Origin: Dehalococcoidia bacterium
GTDB lineage: Bacteria; Chloroflexota; Dehalococcoidia; Lucifugimonadales; Australimonadaceae
Length of the DNA: 64,000 nt
NCBI GenBank assembly: GCA_034421335.1
Contig: DAOUKL010000073.1
Coordinates: forward strand, 13,524-77,523
Reading direction: 5' to 3'
The notes under the pieces are model-generated. The model was not told the origin of the DNA. It searched no databases and saw nothing but the letters and a program-made list of their open reading frames with translations. This document shows positions 1 through 9,262 of this stretch, piece by piece (position 1 is the first letter of the stretch; each line of letters opens with the position of its first letter). Position numbers and translations under genes: made by a program.

Positions 1-527
1 ACGATGGCGACCGATAACGCGAGTCCCACGTTCAGCAGCGACGCGCCCAGCGCGACCACGAGCAGCATCGCCAGAATGATGAAAGGAAACCCCATCATCA
101 CGTCGACCACTCGCTGCACGATTAGGTCCAGCTTCCCGCCAAGGTAGCCGGAGAGCACTCCCACCACCATGCCGACCGTCGTACCCAGCCCGATCGCGAG
201 GAACCCCACCTGCAGCGAGATGCGAGCGCCGTAGACGACCCTGCTGAACACGTCGCGCCCGAGGTTGTCGGTGCCCATCAGGTGGGAGGCCGATGGGCCC
301 TCCAGCCGTTCGGCGGCCACCTGGTCGCGGATGGGGTCGTGCGTGGATATCACCGGCGCAAAGAGCGCGACGACCGCGAGCAGGATGAGCACCACCGCGC
401 TGATCGCGCCCGCCGGCTTCCGCCGGGCGAACCGCTTCAGGTTCTGCGAAAGGGTGCGCTTCGGTCTCGCCTCGTGCGCCAGTTGCTCCAGCGTCGGCTG
501 GCCCCCTGCTGCCGCTTCAACCGCCAT
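1..527 (-). CDS. ABC peptide/nickel-family transporter permease (DppC/OppC-like); C-terminal part lies beyond the window edge
   Basis: Missing from the ORF track because it is truncated. My translation from the ATG (complement of 525-527) reads MAVEAAAGGQPTLEQLAHEARPKRTLSQNLKRFARRKPAGAISAVVLILLAVVALFAPVISTHDP...GTDNLGRDVFSRVVYGARISLQVGF, a typical OppC-type N-terminus. It starts 14 nt after the DppB-like gene. Confidence 0.8.
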   Translation of the reverse strand, partial: MAVEAAAGGQPTLEQLAHEARPKRTLSQNLKRFARRKPAGAISAVVLILLAVVALFAPVISTHDPIRDQVAAERLEGPSASHLMGTDNLGRDVFSRVVYGARISLQVGFLAIGLGTTVGMVVGVLSGYLGGKLDLIVQRVVDVMMGFPFIILAMLLVVALGASLLNVGLALSVAI

Positions 528-541
528 GACGACCGAACCTC

Positions 542-1510
542 CTACGAGTACCGCACTCGCGGGTCGACGTAAGAATAAGCGATATCGACCACGAGGTTGA
601 GGGCGAGCATGAAGAACACCAGCATCATCGCAAGGCTCTGCACCACGGGGAAGTCCCTGCCGACGGAGGCCTCGACAATCGCCTGGCCGAGGCCCGGAAT
701 GCCGAACAGGTTCTCCAGGATCACGGTGCCGCCCAGCAGCGTGCTCACCTCCAGTCCACCGAGCGTGATGACGGGTATGAGCACGTTGGGCAGGCTATGC
801 CTCCGCACGACGAGCTGCTGGGTGAGCCCTTTCGCCTTCGCGGTGCGCACGTAGTCTTGGGCGAGCACTTCCAGCATCCCGGAGCGCGTGATGCGCGTCA
901 TATAGGCGCTGAATCGCCAGGCGAGGATCAGCGCCGGCCAGATCATGATCTGGAGGTGATGCCACGGCTCCACCCATATGTTCGAGTACCCCAGTGGCGG
1001 CGACCACCCTAGCTGCGTCACCATGAAGAGCAGCAGCAGAAGGGCTATCCAGAAGTTGGGCATCGACTGCCCCAGGATGGCGCTCATGCGCAGGACATAG
1101 TCCGGCCACTTGTCCTGGTAGAGCGCCGAGAATACCCCTAGCGGGATGGCGACGATCAACGACAGCAGCACCGTGTACACGGTCAGCTGCAGCGTGACCG
1201 GCAGGCGCCGGGCGATGATCTCCGACAGGGGCTCGGTCGAGCGAATGGACTCGCCGCCGAACTCCCCGTTCACCATCGACCAGACCCACTTGCCGTACTG
1301 CACGGGCAGCGGGTCGTTCAGCCCCAGTTCCTCGCGGAGCTCCCGCACCTGCGTTTCGGTGTAGCCGCTGCCGCCCTCGACAGCCTCCTGCCCGAGGATG
1401 GCGAGCGCCACGTCCCCGGGAAGGACCCTGAGTATCCCGAATATCAGGATGCTCGCGAGCACGAGGGTCGGGATGAACAGAAGCACCCGGCGCGCTATGT
1501 ACTTTTGCAT
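542..1510 (-). CDS. ABC peptide/nickel-family transporter permease (DppB/OppB-like)
   Basis: 322 aa and multi-TM. The N-terminus MQKYIARRVLLFIPTLVLASILIFGILRVLPGD and the segment DYVRTAKAKGL are typical of DppB-type binding-protein-dependent permeases. Confidence 0.9.
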   Translation of the reverse strand: MQKYIARRVLLFIPTLVLASILIFGILRVLPGDVALAILGQEAVEGGSGYTETQVRELREELGLNDPLPVQYGKWVWSMVNGEFGGESIRSTEPLSEIIARRLPVTLQLTVYTVLLSLIVAIPLGVFSALYQDKWPDYVLRMSAILGQSMPNFWIALLLLLFMVTQLGWSPPLGYSNIWVEPWHHLQIMIWPALILAWRFSAYMTRITRSGMLEVLAQDYVRTAKAKGLTQQLVVRRHSLPNVLIPVITLGGLEVSTLLGGTVILENLFGIPGLGQAIVEASVGRDFPVVQSLAMMLVFFMLALNLVVDIAYSYVDPRVRYS

Positions 1511-1560
1511 CCCGGCTCCCTCAGGCCCTCTGCGGCGTGCGGTTCTTCACCCGTTGTCCT

Positions 1561-3351
1561 TTACTGGTCCAGCCACACCGTCGCGAAGTCAAGGTTACGG
1601 CGGTAGTTGTCCACGGGCACCTGGATGCCCATCACGTACTCGCGGACGACCGTGTGCGTGTTCTCCGTGTACAGCGGCGCGGAGTAGACCATCTCCACGG
1701 CGAAGTACTGCTCCATCTCCCGCGCGATCGCGACCCGCTCCTCCAGTTCGGCCGCAGCAGCCAGGCGAACGAAGAACTCGTCCACCTTCGGGTCGTCGTG
1801 CTTCGGCTCAGCCGCGGCGTTCGTGCTGACGCTCGCGATGGTCGAGTAGTACTGGCTTGGCAGCGCCACCGTCGCTCCGCCGTGCTGCATGTCGTACGAA
1901 CCATCCAACGTCCTGGAAGCCCGCGTGGCGTCGTCCACGAGTTGGAGATCGACGCTGATGCCGAAGTCCTCCAGCTGGCCTGCTATCGGCTCGCACATGT
2001 GCACCCACAGCCTGCGGCACATGTATTCGAGGTCGAAGCCGTCCGGGTAGCCTGCTTCGGCCAGCAGCGCCTTCGCCTGCTCACGGTCCTCCGCCTTGGT
2101 CGCAGGGTTCCAGCCCGGCGATTCCATGAGGCCGGGGGTCGCCCATAGGGTGTCCGGGTCGAACATGCCGACTCGCTTGGCGAAGCCGCCGAACGTCACC
2201 TGGATGAGTTCCTCGCGGTCGAGCCAGAGGTGTATCGCGCGCCTGACCCGAACGTCCTTTATCGGGCCCTCACGGATGGAGTTGAAGGCGAGCGGTATGA
2301 AGCTCGACTGGCCCATCTCCAGTATCGTCACCCTCTCGGGCCCGAGGGTGGAGAGAATGGCCGCTTCACGCTCGGGGGTCAACTGGAACCCGCCGCCGCG
2401 GGCCGTGGCGTCCAGGCGTCCCGTGCGGAACGCCGTGTCCATGCCGGACTGGTCCGGCGTGATGTAGAAGTCGATGCCGTCCAGGTAGGGAAGCTGGTTC
2501 CCGTTCTCGTCCGTCATGTAGTACTGCTCGAACCGGCGCACCTCGGCGACGCTGCCGGGCCGGTACTCCTGCAGGTAGAACGGGCCGAGTCCGACGAGCC
2601 CAATGTCCAAGGGGGTGACGTTGACGTTCCCCGCATCGATCTCGGGTTGCATCAGGTGCCGCGGGTGCTGGATGAGTTGGTTGTCGACGGCCAGCAACTG
2701 GTCGAAGTCGGAGACGGGGCTCGTGAGGTTGATGACGACGGTAAGGTCGTCCGGGGCCTCGATGCTCTCCACCCACGGGACGAAGTCCCAGTTCGCGGGG
2801 CGCCGCGAGTTCTCTCCGACCGTTACGCCGAAGACCATGAGGTCCAGCCAGAACTTCACGTCGGGAGCGGTGAATTTCACGCCGTCGTGCCAGTACACGT
2901 CGTCGCGGAGCGTGAAGGTCCAGGACGTCTTGTCGTCGTTCGAGGACCACTCGGTTGCGACGCCGGGACAGATCGACGCGCCATCGTCCCAGCACTGGCG
3001 GATCATGTTCCCCATGCCGAAGATCGAGCCTCCCGGCTGGAGGATGCTGATGGTGCCTGAGCGGGACGCGTCCCAGCCCAAGGGCGGGTCCGCGCGGGTC
3101 GAGAACCTGGCGATGCCGCCGTAGCGGTCCGACGTGTCCTCCATAGCCATCGCTGTCGGCGTCGGCGTGGGTTCGGGCCCCATGGCGTCCGACGGGGTGG
3201 GAGTCGGCTCAGGCGCCTCCTCCACGGGGGCCGTGGTCGGGGTCGGGGTTGCGGTCGGGTCTTCCGACGCGCAAGCGGCCAGCACTAGAGCCAGAATGGA
3301 GATGCTCGCCAGGAGCATCAGGGGTTTGAACGCGCGCTTTCCAATGGTCAT
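1561..3351 (-). CDS. ABC transporter substrate-binding lipoprotein, family 5 (peptide/nickel type), copy 1
   Basis: 596 aa. It has a signal peptide with lipobox LVLAAC|ASE, a Pro/Thr-rich linker, then an SBP_bac_5-like body (YWHDGVKFTAPDVKF...). It lies upstream of the permeases in the same operon. Confidence 0.9.
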   Translation of the reverse strand: MTIGKRAFKPLMLLASISILALVLAACASEDPTATPTPTTAPVEEAPEPTPTPSDAMGPEPTPTPTAMAMEDTSDRYGGIARFSTRADPPLGWDASRSGTISILQPGGSIFGMGNMIRQCWDDGASICPGVATEWSSNDDKTSWTFTLRDDVYWHDGVKFTAPDVKFWLDLMVFGVTVGENSRRPANWDFVPWVESIEAPDDLTVVINLTSPVSDFDQLLAVDNQLIQHPRHLMQPEIDAGNVNVTPLDIGLVGLGPFYLQEYRPGSVAEVRRFEQYYMTDENGNQLPYLDGIDFYITPDQSGMDTAFRTGRLDATARGGGFQLTPEREAAILSTLGPERVTILEMGQSSFIPLAFNSIREGPIKDVRVRRAIHLWLDREELIQVTFGGFAKRVGMFDPDTLWATPGLMESPGWNPATKAEDREQAKALLAEAGYPDGFDLEYMCRRLWVHMCEPIAGQLEDFGISVDLQLVDDATRASRTLDGSYDMQHGGATVALPSQYYSTIASVSTNAAAEPKHDDPKVDEFFVRLAAAAELEERVAIAREMEQYFAVEMVYSAPLYTENTHTVVREYVMGIQVPVDNYRRNLDFATVWLDQ

Positions 3352-3365
3352 AGAGAACCTTCCTG

Positions 3366-3878
3366 CTATTGTTCCGGCTCAGCGGCCACGAAGGTGATCG
3401 GCGCCGTCGCCAAAGACCCCATGCTGCCTTCCGCTCTCACCGTGTACGTGCCCGGGCTGGAGTTGACGCGGTCCATCCTGAACCGCCCTCTCTGCGTGAG
3501 CACGAACGTTCCAAACTCGCTGGCGTCCGCGGCGCCGAGGGTTCCGGGGCCGTAGGCGTCCGTGTGGAAGATGATGAACACCGATTCGCCGGGGTGGAAA
3601 CCCCAACCGGTTACGGTGAACGTCCGCTCGGAGCCGATGGTGTAAGCGTCCTGATCGAGCGCGATGCCGGCGGCTGACGCCGGGGCAGGGTCGCCAGGCG
3701 GGCCTGCAGGGCCGTCGGCGCCCGCTGGCCCTGGAGGGCCGGCCGGGCCTGCGGCGCCCGCCGCGCCGGCGGCGCCGGCGGGACCCGCCGGCCCTCTCTC
3801 CCCCGGTTCGCCCTCGCACGCGAGGGCCGTCAGTGCGACGGCGAGCATCAGAACGCAAGCGATTGCCGAGATTCCCAT
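3366..3878 (-). CDS. Collagen-like (G-X-Y repeat) lipoprotein with a C-terminal globular domain, copy 1
   Basis: Start placed at MGISAIACVLMLAVALTALAC (lipobox), with a GAGGAAG Shine-Dalgarno upstream. 14 uninterrupted GXY triplets (GEPGERGPAGPAGAAGAAGAAGPAGPPGPAGADGPAGPPGDP) are followed by a domain of about 100 aa. The ORF track starts at 3923. Confidence 0.7.
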   Translation of the reverse strand: MGISAIACVLMLAVALTALACEGEPGERGPAGPAGAAGAAGAAGPAGPPGPAGADGPAGPPGDPAPASAAGIALDQDAYTIGSERTFTVTGWGFHPGESVFIIFHTDAYGPGTLGAADASEFGTFVLTQRGRFRMDRVNSSPGTYTVRAEGSMGSLATAPITFVAAEPEQ

Positions 3879-3933
3879 GGAGCTTCCTCTTCTCACGCTC
3901 GTTTTCTTCCCGCGATTCTTCATCTGTTATCCC

Positions 3934-5724
3934 CTACTTGTCCAGCCATACCGTCGCGAAGTCGAGGTTGCGACGGTAGTTGTCCGTAGGCACCTGGATG
4001 CCCTTCACGTACTCCCGCACCACCGTGTGCGTGTTCTCCGTGTAGAGCCATGCCCCGTAAGCCTGCTCGACGGCGACGTACTGCTCCATCTCGCGCGAGA
4101 TCTCCACGCGCTCCTCGATGCTGCCGGACGCCGCCAAGCGGGTGAAGAAGTCGTCCACCTTCGTGTCGTTGTGCTTCGGGTCGGCGGCAGTGTTGGTTCC
4201 CGCGCTTGCGATGAGCGAGAAGTACTGGCTCGGGAGCGCCACCGTTGGGCCGCTCATCACCATGTCGTACGCGCCTTCCAACGTCCTGGACGCGCGCGTG
4301 GCGTCGTCCACCAACTGGAGGTCGACGCTGATGCCGAGGGCCTCCAGTTGGCCAACTATCGGCTCGCAGACGAAACCCCACAGCCTGCGGCACATGAATT
4401 CGGTCTCGAACCCGTCGGGGTAGCCCGCTTCGGCCAGCAGCGCCTTCGCCCGCTCACGGTCGGCTTCCTTGGTCGCGGGGTTCCAACCGGGCGTCTCCAT
4501 CAGGCCGGGGTTCGCCCATGCCGTGTCCGGGTCGAACATCCCCGTCATCTTGCCGAAGCCGCCGAACGTCACTTGCACGAGTTCCGGGCGATCGAGCCAC
4601 AGGTGAATGGCCTGCCTCACCCGCACATCCTGTAGCGGGCCTTCACGCAGCATGTTGTACGCGAGCGCCCAGAAGCTCGACTGCGCCATCTCCAGGATCG
4701 TCACTCTCTCAGGTCCGAGGGTGGACAAGATGGCCGCCTCTCGCTCAGGCGTGAGCTGGAAGCCTGAGCCGCGTGCCGTCGCGTCTAGCCGTCCGGTGCG
4801 GAACGCCGTGTCCATACCCGACGGGTCAGGCGTGATGTAGAAATCGATGCCGTCGAGGTAGGGAAGCTGGTTCCCGTTCTCGTCGCTCAGGTAGTACTGG
4901 TCGAACCTGCGCATCTTGGCGACGCTGCCCGGACGGTATTCTTCGAGGTAGAACGGCCCGAGCCCGATAAGCCCGATATCAAGCGGCGACACGTTTACGT
5001 TCCCCGCGTCAATCTCGGGCTGCATCAGATGCCGCGGGTGCGCGATGATCTGGTTGTCGACCGCCAGCAACTGGTCGAAGTCGAACACAGGACTCGTGAG
5101 GTTGACGACCACCGTGAGGTCGTCCGGCGCATCGACGCTCTCCACCCAGGGGATGAAGTCCCAGCCCGCAGGACGCCGCACGTCCTCGCCGACGGTCACG
5201 CCGAACACGGCCAGTTCCAGCCAGAACTTCACGTCTGCGGCGGTGAGCTTGACGCCGTCGTGCCAGTAGACGTTGTCGCGCAGCGTGAACGTCCACGATG
5301 TCCGGTCGTCGTTCGTGCCCCATTCGGTCGCAAGACCCGGGCAGACAGCCGCGCCGTTGTCAGGGCACTGGCGGATCATGTTCCCCATGCCGAAGATCGA
5401 CCCCGCGGGCATCAGCACACTGATGCTGCCCGACCGGATGGGGTCCCATCCCCGCGGCGGGTCGGCGCGGGTGGAGAAGTTGGCGATGCCGCCGTAGCGG
5501 TCCGACGTGTCGTCCATCGCCATCGCCGTTGGCGTCGGCGTCGGTTCGGGCGCCATTGCGTCCGAGGGGGTGGGAGTCGGCTCAGGCGCCTCCTCCACGG
5601 GGGCCGTGGTTGGAGTCGGGGTTGCGGTCGGGTCTTCCGACGCACAGGCGGCCAGCACCAGGGCGAGGACGGAGATGCCCGCCAGGAGCATCAGGGGCTT
5701 GAACGCACGTCTTGCGAGTGTCAT
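3934..5724 (-). CDS. ABC transporter substrate-binding lipoprotein, family 5, copy 2 (tandem paralogue)
   Basis: 596 aa and collinear with copy 1 without gaps. The signal peptide, lipobox and PT-linker are nearly identical, while the binding core has diverged. Confidence 0.9.
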   Translation of the reverse strand: MTLARRAFKPLMLLAGISVLALVLAACASEDPTATPTPTTAPVEEAPEPTPTPSDAMAPEPTPTPTAMAMDDTSDRYGGIANFSTRADPPRGWDPIRSGSISVLMPAGSIFGMGNMIRQCPDNGAAVCPGLATEWGTNDDRTSWTFTLRDNVYWHDGVKLTAADVKFWLELAVFGVTVGEDVRRPAGWDFIPWVESVDAPDDLTVVVNLTSPVFDFDQLLAVDNQIIAHPRHLMQPEIDAGNVNVSPLDIGLIGLGPFYLEEYRPGSVAKMRRFDQYYLSDENGNQLPYLDGIDFYITPDPSGMDTAFRTGRLDATARGSGFQLTPEREAAILSTLGPERVTILEMAQSSFWALAYNMLREGPLQDVRVRQAIHLWLDRPELVQVTFGGFGKMTGMFDPDTAWANPGLMETPGWNPATKEADRERAKALLAEAGYPDGFETEFMCRRLWGFVCEPIVGQLEALGISVDLQLVDDATRASRTLEGAYDMVMSGPTVALPSQYFSLIASAGTNTAADPKHNDTKVDDFFTRLAASGSIEERVEISREMEQYVAVEQAYGAWLYTENTHTVVREYVKGIQVPTDNYRRNLDFATVWLDK

Positions 5725-5760
5725 TAGAGTCCTCCCTGTCCGGTTGCCGGACTCCTGCTG

Positions 5761-6279
5761 CTACTGCTCCGGCTCGGGCGCGACGAAGGTGATCGGCGCC
5801 GTCGCCAAAGAGCCCATGCTGCCTTCCGCTCTCACCGTGTACGTGCCCGGGCTAGAGTTGATGCGGTCCATCCTGAACCGCCCTCTCTGCGTGAGCACGA
5901 ACGTTCCAAACTCGCTGGCGTCCGCGGCGCCGAGGGTTCCGGGGCCGTAGGCGTCCGTGTGAAAGATGATGAACACCGACTCACCCGGATGGAAGCCCCA
6001 ACCGGTTACGGTGAACGTCCGCTCGGAGCCGATGGTGTAAGCGTCCTGATCGAGCGCGATGCCGGCGGCTGACGCCGGGGCCGCGTCGCCAGGCGGGCCT
6101 GCAGGGCCGTCGGCGCCCGCTGGCCCTGGAGGGCCGGCCGGGCCTGCGGCGCCCGCCGCGCCCGCCGCTCCTTGGGGACCCGCTGGACCCGCGGGCCCTC
6201 TCTCTCCCTGATCCCCGCACGCGACGGCGGCCAGTGCGGCGGCGAGCATCAGAACGCAAGCGATTGCCGAGATTCTCAT
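5761..6279 (-). CDS. Collagen-like (G-X-Y repeat) lipoprotein, copy 2
   Basis: Start placed at MRISAIACVLMLAAALAAVAC|GDQ. It has 15 GXY triplets, and its C-terminal domain is nearly base-for-base identical to copy 1. The ORF track starts at 6342. Confidence 0.7.
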   Translation of the reverse strand: MRISAIACVLMLAAALAAVACGDQGERGPAGPAGPQGAAGAAGAAGPAGPPGPAGADGPAGPPGDAAPASAAGIALDQDAYTIGSERTFTVTGWGFHPGESVFIIFHTDAYGPGTLGAADASEFGTFVLTQRGRFRMDRINSSPGTYTVRAEGSMGSLATAPITFVAPEPEQ

Positions 6280-6360
6280 GGAGCTTCCTCTTCTCACGCT
6301 CGATTCGAAAGACACAGCCCCACTACGGGCTGCGCCCTCCACCGCGTTCGAACGCCGCGC

Positions 6361-6389
6361 ATTCTAGGAGAGTGGATTAACGGCGTCAA
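6361..6389 (-). promoter_or_regulatory. Sigma70-like promoter for the collagen/SBP/permease operon
   Basis: The minus strand reads TTGACG, then 17 nt, then TAGAAT. The -35 is the complement of 6384-6389 and the -10 is the complement of 6361-6366. It lies about 80 nt upstream of the ATG at 6279. Confidence 0.45.
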
Positions 6390-6402
6390 ACAGGCCGTTA
6401 AT
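6376..6402. promoter_or_regulatory. Perfect 9-bp inverted repeat (ATTAACGGC-N9-GCCGTTAAT) overlapping the -35 box
   Basis: Read directly: attaacggc gtcaaacag gccgttaat. It could be an operator, or the terminator hairpin of the upstream propeller gene. Confidence 0.4.
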
Positions 6403-6431
6403 GCCAGAGGAGGCGCCCGAATTCGTGTAGT

Positions 6432-7823
6432 TCAGCGAATTCCGACCAACGCCCCGTTCGACGTCGCCACGTACACAGTGTCGCCGCCCACTGCGATGTC
6501 GTAGGCCGAGCCGACGCCGAGGTCGACGCGCCACTGCTCCGCGCCAGTCGCGGCGTCCAGCGCCACGACAAGGCCGGCGCTCCCGCCAACGACCACTTCC
6601 CCGCCACGAACGACGGGCGAGGTCGCCTCGGGCGCGCCGAGTTCCGCTCGCCACACGATCGCGCCGGTCTGACGGTCGTACGCGAACACCCGCCCTCCCG
6701 CCGTGCTCACGTACACGCGCTCCTCATCCACCGCGGGCGTTCCCGTGAAGCTTTCCCCCGGCTGGCTCACCACCCAGACAACGCCTTTCACCGGCGGCAA
6801 TTCGGCGGCCATTCCCCACCGGAACATCCACCGCCGAACGTTGCGCGCCGACTTCTCGAAAGGCCATTGCCGGTTGTTCCACTCCACGCGCCGGATCGTC
6901 CCGCCAACGTCCGCGGCGTACGCCGAGTCTTCCGCAATGGCGGCGGAACCGACAGCGAGCGCAATGTCGTAATCGAACCATCGTTTCGCCGTATGCCTGT
7001 CGATGAAGTGGATGAAGTTGTCCTGCGAGACCACGACCACGAGACGCTCGTTCACCGACGGCCCGGAAGTGACGCGCCCTCCGGTGGCGAAACTCCATCG
7101 CTCCTCGCCTGTGAGCGCGTCCAGCGCGTACAGCCGGCGGTCGTCCGCGCCGACGTAGAGGACGCCGTCCGCGATTGCAGGCGAGGAGCGCACCGGCGCG
7201 TCCGTCCGGAAACTCCATGCCTCGCCGCCGTTCTCACGGTGGAGCGCGACCACTCGTCCGCCGAGCGTCCCCAGGTAGACGAGGTCCCCGGCGACGGAGG
7301 GTGTTGCGCTCACCGGCGCCCCCAGGTGGCGACGCCACACCAGCGCGCCGTCCGAGGAGCTGAACGCGGACGCCGTACCGTCCGCCGCGCCCGCGTAGAC
7401 GACGCCGTCCTGCACCACTGCGCCCCCGCCCGGCGGAGCGCCGAGGTCGGCCTCCCAGGCGACCTCGCCCCTGAGCGGCGCGGCGGGCGTCGGCGCGGCC
7501 CCGGCGCGGCGCGGGCCGCCCCCTTCGGTCGGCCAATCTCCTTCTGAGAGGACGCTCGTCAACTCAGACGCAGGGGCGGGCAGAAAGCGCGCGGAGCCGA
7601 CGTTCTCGGCGGCAATCCACGCCGCGATCAGCAGCGCGAGCGCGGCGGCCGCCGCTCGTAAGGCCAGCCGTCGTCGCCGCGCACGGCGGCGCCACGCATC
7701 GGCGTCGGAGGAGCCATCCGCCGGCGTCAGGCGGGAGCGGCACGCCGCGCAGTAGCGCGCTCCAGCCTCGTTGACGCAGCCGCAGACGCGGCACGTCAAC
7801 GAGGAGGCGCCTAGCTCACTCAA
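6432..7823 (-). CDS. PQQ-like/BamB-type beta-propeller repeat protein with an N-terminal zinc ribbon and TM anchor
   Basis: Zinc ribbon CRVCGCVNEAGARYCAACRS, one TM helix (LALLIAAWIAA), then repeated blades of the form G.VYVG..DG.L.A.D..TG...W. Confidence 0.75.
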   Translation of the reverse strand: MSELGASSLTCRVCGCVNEAGARYCAACRSRLTPADGSSDADAWRRRARRRRLALRAAAAALALLIAAWIAAENVGSARFLPAPASELTSVLSEGDWPTEGGGPRRAGAAPTPAAPLRGEVAWEADLGAPPGGGAVVQDGVVYAGAADGTASAFSSSDGALVWRRHLGAPVSATPSVAGDLVYLGTLGGRVVALHRENGGEAWSFRTDAPVRSSPAIADGVLYVGADDRRLYALDALTGEERWSFATGGRVTSGPSVNERLVVVVSQDNFIHFIDRHTAKRWFDYDIALAVGSAAIAEDSAYAADVGGTIRRVEWNNRQWPFEKSARNVRRWMFRWGMAAELPPVKGVVWVVSQPGESFTGTPAVDEERVYVSTAGGRVFAYDRQTGAIVWRAELGAPEATSPVVRGGEVVVGGSAGLVVALDAATGAEQWRVDLGVGSAYDIAVGGDTVYVATSNGALVGIR

Positions 7824-7844
7824 GCGCGGCGGCCCGGGCGGCCC

Positions 7845-9170
7845 TTACGCCCCAGCGTGATTGATGGGCTGGAAAGCGAGGCAGTGCTCTCTCGTCGCCT
7901 CCACCCAGTCCATGTCCTTGGGCAACACCGTGGCCGCGGAGCGGATGGCGAACAGCGTGGGGTCGTCGACGCTCCGCGGTAGTTCGCCTGTGTCGCGGAA
8001 CTCCTTGGCCGCGTTCAGCAAGCGGTAGCGCGTGTGAATGATGCCGGCGTCCGTCGAAACCAGGTGCTCCTTCGTCCGGTCGTAGATCGGCCCCATCGTC
8101 TCCTGCATTCCGGAGTCTTGCGCCCACGTGCCCGGGATCCCGCACCACCGCTCGGTCTGCTGCGCGCGGAAGTCGTTCCAGTAGTCGTTCGTGATGTTCT
8201 GACGGGGGCGCCACTGGCTGCCCGGAAGCGTGGGGTCCATCGGCATGAAGCCCACTTCGCCGATGTTGTAGACGCCGGGCCGCTTGTCCATGTCCAGCAG
8301 TTCGTCTTCCGTCAGCGGACGGTTCGGGTGGTAGGTGGCCCCGAAGACCATCGTGTGCTCGTCGTCGATGGGGATCCACGCGCGGAACCCGCGCTTCGGG
8401 TCTTCCCCGTAGGGCCCGGTCATCGTGTAGAAGGGCAGGAGGAACTGGCTCACGCGCCAGTAGTAGCTTGCGTCGTCGACGTTCCGGTGGCAGCCGACGA
8501 GCACCCCGTAGTCGGTGTCGCGCGCCTCGAATACCGGGCAGCGGTCGGTCTCCTTGTAGTACGGCCCCATCGACTTGGCGCTGGGCTGCGCCATCCTGAA
8601 CGGCAGGCTCGTGTGGAGGTACGAGTTGTGCGAGTTGTCGATGTCGCCCTCGAGCGCCTGCACGAAGTTGTTGATCTGCAGCCGCTTGGCGATGTGCCGG
8701 TGCTCCACCGGCACCATGTTCCATTCGAAGTCCGGCAGCGGAGGAGGCGTCTCCCGCGGCCCCATGTACGTCCAGATGACCCCGTTCCGCTCCTGGCACG
8801 GGTACGCCTTGATGCGGATCTTCTCCTTGAACGTCGCACCTTCCGGGGCGTTCGGCATGTCGATGCACGCGCCGGTCGTGTCGAACTTCCAGCCGTGGTA
8901 CACGCACCGCAGCCCGAACTCCTCGTTGCGGCCGAAGAACATCCCCGCGCCCCGGTGCGGGCAGCGGTCGTCCACCATCCCCACGCTCCCGCCGGTGTCC
9001 CGGTAGGCGACGAGATCCTCGCCGAGGAGACGAACGCGGAGTGGCTGGCCGTTGCGCTCCGGCAACTCCGACGACATCAGCGCCGGAATCCAGTAGTGAC
9101 GCAGCATGTCGCCGGTCGGAGTTCCGGCGCTCACCTTGCACATCAGTTCGTTGTCTTCTCTCGAAAGCAT
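7845..9170 (-). CDS. Rieske [2Fe-2S] non-heme iron oxygenase alpha subunit, phthalate-dioxygenase family (paralogue 1)
   Basis: Rieske motif CPHRGAGMFFG...CVYHGWKF. Iron site NNFVQALEGDIDNSHNSYLH. N-terminus DNELMCKVSAGTPTGDMLRHYWIPA. Confidence 0.9.
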   Translation of the reverse strand: MLSREDNELMCKVSAGTPTGDMLRHYWIPALMSSELPERNGQPLRVRLLGEDLVAYRDTGGSVGMVDDRCPHRGAGMFFGRNEEFGLRCVYHGWKFDTTGACIDMPNAPEGATFKEKIRIKAYPCQERNGVIWTYMGPRETPPPLPDFEWNMVPVEHRHIAKRLQINNFVQALEGDIDNSHNSYLHTSLPFRMAQPSAKSMGPYYKETDRCPVFEARDTDYGVLVGCHRNVDDASYYWRVSQFLLPFYTMTGPYGEDPKRGFRAWIPIDDEHTMVFGATYHPNRPLTEDELLDMDKRPGVYNIGEVGFMPMDPTLPGSQWRPRQNITNDYWNDFRAQQTERWCGIPGTWAQDSGMQETMGPIYDRTKEHLVSTDAGIIHTRYRLLNAAKEFRDTGELPRSVDDPTLFAIRSAATVLPKDMDWVEATREHCLAFQPINHAGA

Positions 9171-9262
9171 TGCAATCTCCTCCCGCCCTGACCCCTTATC
9201 GGGGCCGCTTCCTGCTACGAATTATCGGCGGCCGCATTGTAGCAGCCGGCGCAAATCGCAAT

